NCBI GenBank assembly: GCA_965112735.1
Contig: OZ218964.1
Coordinates: 2,046,001-2,110,000 of the forward strand
Length of the DNA: 64,000 nucleotides
From: Phaeosaccion multiseriatum
Taxonomy: Eukaryota > Protista > Ochrophyta, other classes
Direction: 5' to 3'
Positions 24,236-35,700 of the stretch are shown one piece after another. The position numbers and the translations under genes were made by a program. The notes under the pieces were generated by a model, which saw nothing but the letters and a program-made list of their open reading frames with translations, did not search any database and was not told where the DNA came from. Each line of letters starts with the position of its first letter. The first letter of the stretch is position 1.

Positions 24236-26256
24236 CTAAACGCGCCCACCCCGGTGTGCCCACGCCATCGGAGCGCTCTCCCTTGCCGGCGCTCGCCCCC
24301 TTGGGCCTGGGGGGGCGCGCTGGTGGCCCTCCGAGTCGAGTCTTCCTTCTCCCAGCAGCCAAGCGGCGGCCCTGCGCACATCCGTGCTCCTCGACTCCCC
24401 TCTGTCCAATACATCGGCCAACAAGAGCGCCAGCGACTCCAGCGGACACGCGCCTTGCCCCTCCTCCTCGTCCTCCTCCGCCGCCGCCGCCGCCGTCCTC
24501 CTGCCCTCGGACAGCTGTCGCAGGCGAGTAAGCACCCCCCTGCCGTAGCTCAGCTTGGTGAGGGCGGCATGTTGCCTAGGCCAGTCCTCGGTGCGGCCCT
24601 CCACCGGAAAGGCATGTGACACGAGGCGCTGCTGCAGAATACCCAGGGCTTGGAAGGATATAGCCGCCGACACGACCGTCCTCCTGGCGAGCCTGCGCAA
24701 GGACAGCCCATGCTGCCGCTCGGCCTTGGCGAGGGCACAAGCCAAGGCTTCCCTTGCCGCAGTCGTGGACGGACTCGTCGCCCCCTTTGCCTTTTGCCTG
24801 AGCCACATCTCCGTTCCGACGAGGCGAGTTAGGAGAGCTTCTCCCACGCTGCTCCTTCGTCCTCTTCCTCCCCCTCCGCCATCTTCTTGATGCTGCTGCC
24901 CCGCCCCTCCCCAGTCGTCTTGGCCCCCTCGTGCGGCCCTGTCGTCCTCTCGGAGCAGCTGCAGTAGGAGCTCTGCGGCATAGTGTAAGGCCGCCTCCCT
25001 CCGGCCCCGCTCGGTGGTGGAGAAGTGCGACACGTCGTCGAGGAGATTGGGCAGCTGCTGATATTGGTCCCCCTCCGCATCTAGGTGCAAGTCCCGCAGC
25101 AGCTCCGGGCGGAGCTCGGGAACGACCAACGCTGCTTCCCACAGCATCGAAGATAGCATGCTCTGCATGTCGCTTCCCTCGTTCAGCTCCTCCTCTCGAG
25201 CGTCTGCCAGAATGCGGCAGGGGAGACTGCCCAGGCGCTCCCATGAAGGACCAAGCACGGCAAAGAGGCAGCGGTAGGCCCACCGTCGGACGGCCTCCAC
25301 AGCTGACTGGGTCATTGACAAGTGGAGGAGAGTCAAGGCCGGAAGCGAGAGTGTCAGTCCACGCGGCGCGCCCTTCGTTCCTCAGGCGTCGTGCACGCTT
25401 CGCTCGGTCAACTCACCTTGAGGCACAGATTCAGCAGGCTCGCGACATGTGGGTACTTCCTCTCCTCGGAGGGGCAGAGCAGAGCGTTGAGCTGCACTTG
25501 AGATAGCCTCGCGCTGAAGCGCACCCCTTCTTGCTCCTGCCCAGGCCCACCGCCACCGGATAGGTCCGTGTACAGAAACTGCACGATGCAGTCGGCCACG
25601 ACGGTGGTGGTGGTGGTGGTGCTGCTGCTGCTGCTACCCTTCTTGCTGCTGCGGGGGCAGACGTTGAACAGTTGCCAGAGAAGAACGTGGAGGGATCGCA
25701 TCATCGGCAGCACCTCGGGCACTTGGTCCCGCAAGAGGGGGTCGCTTTGAGCCTCGACGAACCAGCGAATGCGCGTCGCCAGAGCGCCTACCACCGCTGC
25801 CGAAGCCACGTGCAGCTCCACTGTGCTTTCCGGCTCAGCCCCGCCCCCGGGAGACTTGACGCCCAGCAAGACGGTGAGGAGAGTGTCAAGGGCCGATGTG
25901 GGCAGGGGGGGCAGGTCAGCCATCGCCTTGGAGGGCGCACAGCTAGTTTCGTCGGCGCGGAGGTCCAGGGCGAGCTCCAGTGTCACCTTACAGAGAGCGT
26001 GCCGGTCTTCGCGAGAGAGGCAGGTCCACACGACCCGCGCCACGGAGAGGATGTTGCATAGCGTGACTGCGGTGGTGGAGGGGGCGGGTGGGCCGGGGGT
26101 GGTGAGTGGGGAGATGAAACCTCTGACCTCAACTAATACTTACCAACAGCGCAGCCTCTCAGGTGTGGATAATGCTTCGCCTTGGCCACTCGCCGAAACA
26201 GCTCGAGGTCTTCAACAAGACCGGGAGGCACCTTACAAGCAAGTAGCAGTAGTCAT
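24236..26256 (-). CDS. Uncharacterised Leu/Ala-rich helical protein (multi-exon; start uncertain)
   Basis: Long coding-like ORFs 25408-26043 and 24236-25336 with a GTGAGT donor near 25416 and short upstream exons with GTAAG donors. No recognisable motif. Confidence 0.5.
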
Positions 26257-26958
26257 GAAGCGGGGGCCACGAAGAGCGAGTGCGGAGGGGGGCGAGGCTG
26301 AGAAGGACCTAGGAGAAGGGTAGGCCTGGCTAGTGTGGATGTTTAGCCACGTACTTTATCGGCGAGCGCCAGCGCGAGGCTTGTCCTCTCTCGCCTCGAG
26401 CTCTCCTCTGCGGCTCGAACTGACTGCTCCCGAAGGACCCAGTACCAGCAGGACGCGCCGACAGCATCTACATCAATTTTGTTGGCCATAAGCGCTGATC
26501 GGCCCAGGCGAGGTTTCTCTGGCCCCCGATAAGCGGAAGCCAGAGGCGGTCTGCAGCCGAAAGCAGAGAAGTCAGCCAGGCCTAGCTGGGCTGCGACCAG
26601 CAGAAGCCAGTCACCAGCGGGAAAGAGTGACAAGCCAGCCAGAGGCGGCCAACAACGGCCGAAAGCAGAGAAGCAGGAGGGCCTACGGCCCAGAAGCCAG
26701 GAGCCAGAGAAACCTTGCGTGGGGTAGCTATCCTCGATTCTCGCGGGAAGAAAATTTCCAGTTTCCGTTTCATGTTCGTAACAGTTGAGGTTGGAAAAAA
26801 AAAAATGCTCTAGACAAGAGTGAACACGTGCCTTCACAGCATCAGCAGAAAGGAAAAGGAGCAGAATCAGCAAGGGAGTTTATATGGTTCTGCTTGATTG
26901 AGGAGAAGCGGCTGGCTGAGCCAGCGACAAGCTCCGGACCTCCTGAGAGAGGGACAAG

Positions 26959-27130
26959 ATGACGGAGACCGGGGGCCGGCGACTCACACCGGGCGCGGGA
27001 AGTGGTCTGTATAGGCGGCATCCGTCCTTCTCTTCTGTAGGCACGCTCAATAGCAGCAGTAGCAGCACCAGCAGCAGGCTCCGGGGCGGACCGCAAGCTG
27101 TCCCACCAAAGAAGGTAAACTCGCCCGATA

Positions 27131-27198
<68 letters not shown>

Positions 27199-28825
27199 CT
27201 GTAACAAATCTTCCCGTGAACGCACCTCTTGTTCCCTGTCGGCATTTGCAGGGCACGGTCTGGGGAGTGCCCTCCCCCGCAGCCGAAGGCCATCGAAGCG
27301 GACTCCGCAGGGCAAGGCCAAGGAGTCGAAGCGTAGGCAGCGGCAGCGGTAGAGCAGCAGCGGGGCGAAGGAGTCAGTGGGCGTGGGCCCGAGTCGAGAG
27401 AAGCGACGCGGCGTCTGAAGCCAGCCTAGTCACCGCCTCGACAGACTATCCCTTTATCTCAGGGACGCACGAGGGCAGTAGAGGCCGAACGTTCTCAGTC
27501 TCCTCGTCAGCGTCTGCTGCCACCGCCCCTTCTGGTGGTGGTGGTGGTGGTGGTGGTGGGAGTGGGGGTATTTCGCAGCCACTTCAGGGGTTCTCTGCCT
27601 ATACGGATGTGAACATGGGCGGGGCGAGTCTTTCGGCGAGCTGCCATAGTATGTACGGCAGTCCCCGCACGGCCCCCGTGCGTGCCCCCCGTTCCGTTAC
27701 CGACCCGACTGCATCGAGGGGAAGGGAAGAAGACACGAGAACAGAGGGCAGTGTTCTTGGAGGGCGAGGAGGGGCGTCGAGTCGCGTGAGAGTGGGTGTG
27801 CGAATGAGGCCTCCGTTCAGACATGAGATTGATCGCTGCCTCCGGGGGAGGAGAGGCCGATACCAGGCAGTGGTGGAGGCAGCAGGTGAGAGGCAGCAGC
27901 AGCAGCAGCAACATGGAGGGGGTGCAAGAGCTGACTTGGAGCCGTGCATCTTTTACACCGAGGACGGTAGACAAAGGTGAGAGCAAGCGGAGCAATGCCC
28001 AGCATCGCCAGAGTGAGCGGGCCTCCTGTAATCTAAGCATGTCTTTCCTCCCTCCCTTCCCCCTCTCCGCCAGGAGCTTTCCCTTCGACTTTTCCTTTGG
28101 GGCCAGCGCTGGTCAGGCGGAGGTCTACGACCGCTTGGCCCGCCCCGTGGTGACGGGCTTCCTCGAGGGCGTCAACGGAAGCATAATCGCCTACGGCCAG
28201 ACTGGGACAGGCAAAACACACACCATGGGGATACTGGATGACCTAGCAGGGGCAGGTGGCGCGGGGGGAGGAGGCGCTGGGATGTACGAAGCTCACAGAA
28301 GAGCAACTGAGCGGTGGCAGCAGAGTCCGCAAGACGCAGGGATAATCCCGGCAGCCTTGGCTCAGGTGAGAAGTCCGGCCATCCTTCCACTCCCACCTCC
28401 GCAGCACCACCTGTTCTGGCGTGGCCCTCCACCTGCATGCCTCCCTCTCCCCTGTCCCACGCAGCCCCCCCCCCCTCCCATTTCCAAATCCCAATTGCCT
28501 GTTGCATGTATAGATCTTTGCCCACACGCGCGCCCACCCGGAGGTGGAGGTGTCGTTGGAGGTGTCGATGCTGCAGATCTACAGCGAGACGGTGTTCGAC
28601 CTTCTGGCGGCCCCTCCATCGAGGTCAGTAGCAGGCCCGCAGACGGGAGAGGAGAAAGGGGCTCTGCGGCCGCTGGCGGTGCGCGAGAACCCGCAAGAGG
28701 GCTTTTATGTTGAGGGCCTGCAAAGGTACGCCGTCCTTAGCTACGACCAAGCCGCAGCACTCGTGGACCTCGGCCTGGCCAACAGAGGTGCGTGCGGGTT
28801 TGTGGCGCGGGAGGAAGGGATGTGG

Positions 28826-28869
<44 letters not shown>

Positions 28870-30596
28870 GAGAGAGAGAGAGAGCGGTGGGATCAGTCGC
28901 TCTCGCCTGACCGTCTCTGCCTTGCCGTCGCTCCTCCGCGTGACCGTCAGCCATGGCCTCGACCAGCCAGAACGCATCCTCTAGCCGCAGCCACACCGTG
29001 CTGAGCGTGCGGCTGGTGCAGCTCCGAGGCCGCGACTCGTGTCGCAGCGTGTCGAGCAAGCTGCTCATCGCAGACTTGGCGGGTAAGTGGTGCTGTTGCT
29101 GTGCTGTGCTCTGGCGCTGCCGAGCCTCTTGCAGTCTTGCATTCATTCACCAAGTCCTTGCCCTCGCCCCACGGGGGGCGTAGCTCCCGAGCGGGGCAGC
29201 CAATCCGTCCCTCCCCTCCTATTGCACTTTGTCGTTTGTCGTCCCCCCACGTACCCCTTTGTAACACGTGCCTCTGAATTTTGCCTTGTGGCTGGGGGCA
29301 TGTCATGTGTGCTTGACTTGCGGCAGGCTCGGAGAGGGCGAGCAGGGTCACGCGTCGGGCGGGGCTGGCAGAGGACAACTCCGTGAGGAGGAAGGAGGCG
29401 AGGTTCATCAATAGCTCCCTATCGGCTCTGGTACGTAGCGCCTTGCTTGGGTTACCCCTCCCAACCCTCCGCCAGCCAACTGCAACTCCTCTCTGTACGA
29501 CCAACTGCAACTGTGACAGGGTAATGTCATCACAGCTCTGGCCCAGCCGGAGGAGAGCCGCCCCCATGTGCCGTACCGCGACTCGAAGCTCACGCGCATC
29601 CTGCACGACTCACTGGGGGGCAGCGCCAACACCGCGCTCATCGCCACGCTGGGGCCGTCCGAGTTCAACAGGGGAGAGACGCTTTCCACGCTGCTCTTCG
29701 CCAGCCGCTGCATGTGTGTGCGCAGCGCCCCTGTACGACACGAGAAAGTGGACTATGTTGAGCTCGCGGCCCAACTGCAGGCCAAACTGACGGTGAGGAG
29801 GGGGGCTTGGCTATGTGTGCTGTGCTGTGCTGTAGAGGGGGTGTTCAGCTGTGAAGGCTTGAGGCTGAGGCTGAGTGAGTCATTGCGCTGCCTCCCGCCG
29901 TCCTCTGCTGACCCTGACCTCGCAGGGTGCGGAGGAGGAGGCCTCCCAGCGAGCGCAGGAGACGGCGAGGCACTACCAGTCCATCATCGAGCGGCTCACG
30001 GAGGACCTCACGGCGGAGCGAGGGCGCAACAAGGAGGGGGGCGGGCAGGGGTGGCCGGGCGAGAGTCCGACGTCGCCCGCGAACAGCAGAGCAGAGTCCC
30101 ATCCATGGCAGGTAAGGAGGTCCCGTGATGACGGGGGTAACAATCTGTCTTTCGCGTCGCGCCGCTGACCATGCGTGCCGTTCTTTCACCCGTGCAGGCT
30201 CAGGTCAGCCTGGGTCAGGGGTGCGTTTCGGGGTGTATTGGAAACAGGGGGGGGGTGGGGCGCGCGGCTGCCCCGGACAGAGACGAAGCGCCGGCCCATT
30301 CTCTTGGAGGGGGTGAGCAGGGCGGGAAGGTCGAGGGGAAGGGGGGGGCAGGGGCCAACGACAGTCTGATCGCGACCAACGAGCCCAGGAAGACATCCGA
30401 GCAGGGGGAGGAGGGCGGTACGCATGCAGGGGCTTCGGGCAAGTCGCTCAGGCTCAAGCAGAGGCTGGCCGAGCGGTGGGCGAGGCGGGCGGAGGCAGGG
30501 GCAGGGGCGGCGGCAGCGGCCCCAAGGGAGGCACCGCTGGCCGCAGGAGGCACCGGAGCTGCACGAGCATCGGGCGCTCTCGCCTGTTGCTTTTGA
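26959..30596 (+). CDS. Kinesin motor-domain protein (multi-exon)
   Basis: RVRVGVRMRP, FPFDFSF, P-loop AYGQTGTGKTHTM, LQIYSETVFDLL, NASSSRSH (switch I), DLAG|SER (switch II), HVPYRDSKLTRILHDSLGG, ETLSTLLFASR. Confidence 0.92.
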
Positions 30597-30785
30597 CTCG
30601 ACCCCTGACGTGCTACCGACGCATTCTCGTTAGCTTTGGCCCTGGGGGTCCGGTAGCACGTCAGGGTTCCCGCCAAAAGCCGAAAAGGAAAATGAGTTTA
30701 AGTTATTTAGTCATGGCGGGGTTGAATCGTTCAATTCAAAGACCCACAAGCCACCCCGCCATTCAGCTATTGCTTCAGCCTTGCA

Positions 30786-32511
30786 ATGACCCCCATGTCA
30801 CCGCTCATTGGTCAGACTCTGGAGGACTTCCAGTGCAGACTCCTGCAAGAGTCGGACCAAACCGTCAGCGCGAGAGAGTTGTGCGGGACCAGAGGAGCGG
30901 TGGTTGGTAAGTCGCTACTTCTCCTGCAACTGCAGCTATGGCGCCGCAACACTACTCCTGCGGGCTTTCTCACTCTTCTCTCTGTCAGTCGCCCCCGTTG
31001 GGGCCCTGCTGCCACTCCTACTGCTGCTGGTCGGCAGGCCATTGTTTCAAAGTCCAAAATTGACCCACTTGCCGTTGGCACCTCATTCCCCCCCCCCAGA
31101 GTTCTGGACCACTTCATGCCCGCGCTGTCCTGCCGCTCTGGAGGAGCTGAATGTCTTTGCCGATGAGCTGACTGTCCAGCGGTCCGGCTATGCGCTCATT
31201 TCCGTGTGCCTAGGCAACTTCGAGGAAGGCCTGGTCCAGGTGCAGGAAGGTGAGGTTTCGATCACTGCTGGCCCATGGCAAGGTTGCTGCCTGGGTCTTG
31301 AGGGAGTGGACGGATGGGATGCGCTCCCAGCCTAGCCTGCCTGCCCTTCCCTCCCGCCGCTGCCCTAAATAACCCCCCCTCTCTGCTGGCTCCTCTGCCG
31401 GTGGTCTCTCGGACACGCCACAGGCAAGTGGGACAATGTGACTCACGCACACGTGGAGGAGGAGGTGGGGGCGGCGCTTAGGGAGAAGCTGGGTTTCGGG
31501 CAGCAGGAGGACCTTCCCGTCCTCCTGGTGCTGTCAGACAAGGCCACCATCTTGCAGGCCGGGGACGCACACACTGCCAGAGCGGCGGTGAAGGAGCTCT
31601 TCGTGCAGGGTACGGGGACTGAGCAGGAGGGGCAACAGCAGCAGCACCAGCAGCAGGGTACGGATACACCCGCTTCTCCTGCCCCTGAGTCCGTGCCGCC
31701 TTCAAAAAGCGATGGTCAGTGTGTGGGGGGCGTGTGCCCTCTCCCGCGCCGCCGCAAGAAGGGAGGGGCGTCTGCACCCGCACCCACAGCACCCACGCCC
31801 GCAGCGGCACCCGTGGACAAGGAGAACTCCGCCCCCCCCAAGGCCATGCAGTGCGAAGGGGGGGTGTGCAAGCTCGTGAGAAAGCCCAAGCAGAAGAGGC
31901 CCCTCGCCGTGCAGGGCCAGCCTCAGTCTCAGGCACCGCCCGCACCGCCCACAGCACCCGCAGCGGTGGTGGAGCCTCTGGCGGTGGGCTCAGCACTGCC
32001 CCCCTTCTCGCTTGTCTCCGTGGCAGACGGTTCCCCCCTCAGCACGTCGGGCCTGGCCCCGTCCCGCACCCTGCTGCTCGACCTGTGGACCACTCGCTGC
32101 ACGCGCTGCCCCGCCGCCCTGGACAAGCTGCAGCGGCTGGCGGCGGACTTTACGGAGGAGAGCCTGACCATCGCCTCCGTGTGTCTGGACAGCCTGGACG
32201 GCTGCAGGGAGCTCCTCGCCAAAGAGCCTGCCCGCTGGAGCAAGCTGCAGCACCTCTTCTCGGAGCCCGACGAGAAAGAGCGCCTGTGCGCAACCTTCGG
32301 CGTGACGGCGGTGCCGTTTTACATTGTGGTGGACGCGGAGGGCAGCGTGCGCGCCCATGGCTCCCCCAAGCAGGTGGACTTGCAGATACTGGACACGCTC
32401 GCCGCGCGCAAGGAGCAGCAGCAGGTCAAGGTGGCTCCCGCCCCGCCAAAGGTGCCAAAGGCGGTGGAGAGGGCCCCTTCCTTCTCCTTCACCTTGGACG
32501 AGGACTTCTAA
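30786..32511 (+). CDS. Tandem TlpA/redoxin-like thioredoxin-domain protein with a Cys-motif linker (3 exons)
   Basis: EFWTTSCPRCPAAL and LDLWTTRCTRCPAAL active sites; cis-Pro loop FGVTAVPFYIVVD; linker motifs CVGGVC and CEGGVC; C-terminal FTLDEDF. Confidence 0.82.
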
Positions 32512-32605
32512 AAGCACCCCCACCCACCCTTCGTGTTGTCCCATGATATATTAGAATAATTACAATCCAGTGTCAAGTGTTGGTTCCTTATGGATGCAGC
32601 TTCTG

Positions 32606-33994
32606 TCATGTGAGCTCCACGCCGGCCCTTGCGCTCCCGCTCGTACCGCCGGTGTTGATCCCGACAATGTGCAGTACCGTAGCTACGGCCCACCACACGG
32701 ACACGGCCAGCCACTTGGCTGTCCACGTCAGCGAGTGGAGAGCATCAACAAGTGACAGCTCCCGCAGCCCTCCGCTGCCATCCAGAGTGGGCAGCGGGGT
32801 GGGGGTGGGCTTGAAGCCTGCCTTGGACACCACGCAAGACAGCGCCCTGCTGTCCTCGAGCCCCCTGCAGTAGGCGTTGGATGGCAGCAGAGGCCTCGTC
32901 ACACCGTACACGTGCAGCAAGCCCACGAACAGCCCCCCCAAATGCCCTGTGTTGAGTGTTGAGCGAAGGGCAGGGAATAAGGTGAGTGGGGCGTGCGTGT
33001 GGGTATGGCGCACAAGGAGGAATTGTACGGTGGGGGAGGACACATATGGTGGGGTTTGTCCCGCACACGCCAGCGGGATCAGGTCCATTCCCTCCTCAGC
33101 TCCTCACCTGCGAAGGAGGCCGTCGGCATCATGATCGAAATGAGGCACAGCAGCGCGAAGGGGAACACCTTGGTGGGCACAGAGACTACCCCGTACAGGC
33201 TGCGGGTCGGCTGCGAGGAGCCCCACGCCTCCACCACGGCCAGAGTGAAGATGACGCCGCTAAAGCCCACGGCGGGCCTGTATGAGGGGCGAGAGAGGGG
33301 GGGGGGGAGAACGGAGCCGGAGGGAAGCTACCGCTACTGAGGGGGGAGTGGTTCTGTGGTGGTGCCGGCTCTGCCGCTTCTCCATTTTTGAGCGAGCAAG
33401 TGAGTGACTTGACAGCGACTCAACTGGTTCAGGTACTTGGGATTTCCGGTGATGAAGACGGTCATGATGTACTCCTGAGTCACGTACACCCAGCCGCCGA
33501 GCAGCATGCTCCACAGCACGAAGAGGAGGAAGGCGATGGACCCCATGCTGTGTGGGCGGAGCGGAGCAGCAAGCAAGAGCGAGGAAGTCACTTGTGCGCT
33601 TCGTAGCCCTTGCAGGAGATCACGTGTCGACTCCACTTACGCTGCTTCCAGCTGTGCGCCGATATTGTGCACCGCCATCATATTGAAGCCGATATGCATC
33701 AGGCCCCCGTGGAGCAGCGCAGACGAAACTATCCGATAGTACTGATCGAGAGAGGGAGGGTTGGGAAAGGCGTGAGGGCATCTTGGGGGACGTCCATCTC
33801 GGGTAGAGGAGCGACAGATTCCCTGCATTCTCTCCACTTACCTCCCTGTAGAAGAGGACTCCCCTGGCGCTCAGGGCGAAGTCGTATACATCAGGCTCCA
33901 GCAGAAACTGCCACACCTGCAGCAAGAGACAGAGCCCGATAATGCCCAGCGTCACGAGGGGGACCTTACCCAGCACCTCGGCCGCGCGAGACAT
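32606..33994 (-). CDS. Rhomboid-family intramembrane serine protease (5 exons)
   Basis: YYRIVSSALLHGGLMHIGFNM, catalytic GFSG, ASFA|GHLGG (catalytic His), multiple TM helices. Confidence 0.9.
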
Positions 33995-34225
33995 TCTCCT
34001 TCAGGGCTTTAAAAAAACTAGACGAACAACGCGCCGGTGTTGTGCCGGGGAAGCTCCATGGCCTTCCAGGATCCGCAACAGCAGAAGCAGCACACCAGTA
34101 GAAACAGAGGGAGTGGCAGTAGAACAAATAAATTGGGGGGATAGCTACTCGGAGGAAGAAGTCGAGGAAGAGAGGGGGGGGGACGAAGACAGAGGCGCCG
34201 GGCGGATTGAAGGGAAAGGTTTGCA

Positions 34226-34273
34226 GGTTGACGACGGTGGTCAACCAACACGTTCCCTTAATTTCTTACTTTT
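34226..34273 (+). repeat. Terminal direct repeat, left copy, with dyad GGTTGAC-N7-GTCAACC
   Basis: GGTTGACGACGGTGGTCAACCAACACGTTCCCTT(A/C)ATTTCTTAC is also present at 39158 and 39209. Confidence 0.9.
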
Positions 34274-34524
34274 CTTTTTCACTCCCTTCCCGGTCGGGAA
34301 ACACCCTAACTACCCCACACTCACAAATGCCCAAACGTAGTATTACAATTAGGTAAAAGGGGGTACTTGCCAATCGAAAGTTCGAGAGGAGGACGAGTCT
34401 TTGCGCACCCGGAACTGCCCCCCTGACAGTTCCGCGCACACTCCAACTCAACTGGATTTCCAGTCCCTCAACTCGCTCCTCCGACCTGCCTTCCCCCCCC
34501 TTTCCCTTCTACCCCCCCTTCCCT

Positions 34525-35700
34525 TCACACTCCAGGTCCCCAATTTTTGTCTGCCCCCGCCCCTTTCACTCCCGAACAATGTTCCCACGTCCCCACGCCC
34601 CCTACAGTAACAATCTCCTCCTCTCCCGCTAGCATCACCGACACCAAATCAGACTCATCCACATTAGGCCTAATGTATCGCATGAAAACCTTGCTCTTCC
34701 ACCTCCCTTCCAGTTGGATGGTCGAGTCCGACGCCCCTCTTGCTGCCAACGTCGTTGCGCCCCCAACCCGAAAGGAGTGCAGTGCATAGACGAGCGGGTC
34801 CCTCCCCAGAGCTGCCACAGCCTTCCTCATCTCATCAGTGACCTCCTTTCGTTTGAAACACGTCCACCCGCCCTTGTCCCACCACGCTGATAGTGGTAGG
34901 CTCTCCGTTACCTGCCCCTTCCCTTCCCCTTCGTCCTGTAGGTCGAGGATACGCTGGAGGAGTTCCAACGCCCCCCTTCCCTTGTCCACCCGCCTCCTAC
35001 ACAGCACCGCTCCCACCCTCATTTGGTCACCTTTTGACCCTTTGAATCTGATCTCCACCCTGTCTGCCTCATGCCGGTGCTTCACGGAGACCATGCAGCA
35101 CCCCTTGAAGAAGTGAAGATCCTCCCTCGTCAGGCCAAACGTCAGATGGATCTTCCCCGTTTCGTCGTACCCCCAATATTCACTCGCTCGTAGCAGCAGA
35201 AAGTATGATACTCCCATGCCGCACCACAACGCCTCCCCCCTCGCCCCTGCGCCCACCCTGCCCTCCACGGCCTGAAGCATGTTCCAAGTGAACGGCTGTC
35301 GGGCTGCGTTCTGCCCTTTGCTCCCCATTCCTTGCTGTCTTCTCATCCCCTTCTTGGCGGCCGCCACCAAATAGTGTGTGGTTGGCAACGACACCCCCCT
35401 TTCCATTCGGTGTAGTAAGCCACGCCCGAAATTTTTGAGGCCACGGTATCGACTGCGTCCCCCATCTCGGCAAATCGATATGCTGCGAAAGCTGACATGA
35501 TCTCCGCTGCATCCCCGTCCTCCACCCCCTTTCCAATCCAAACCCCCCTCCCTACCACCTCACAATACCTCTTCCAAGCCCTCCAATGTGACGTATATGC
35601 CCCTTGAGATCCTGGCGCAATTGCTGCTCTCGCATACTGTCGCGCAAGGTCAGTGTACACAGCTCCTTTGCCTCCCTCCCCAGCTCCAAGCGACGCCAGC
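34525..35700 (-). CDS. Tyrosine recombinase of the retroelement (1-nt frameshift near 35413; start approximate)
   Basis: N-terminal ARAAIAPGSQGAYTSHWRAWKRYC...SGVAYY in one frame continues as HRMERG... in another. Catalytic residues: LLRASEY (R), SKGDQ (K), HSFRVGGAT (HxxR), GRWKS (W), MRYIR (Y). Confidence 0.88.

Noticed and set aside
27134-28884. (CT)n, (GT)n and (GA)n tracts giving ERERER/LSLSLS ORFs (also near 19842, 39310, 45078 and 47474)
   Set aside because: Ordinary intronic or UTR microsatellites, not coding.
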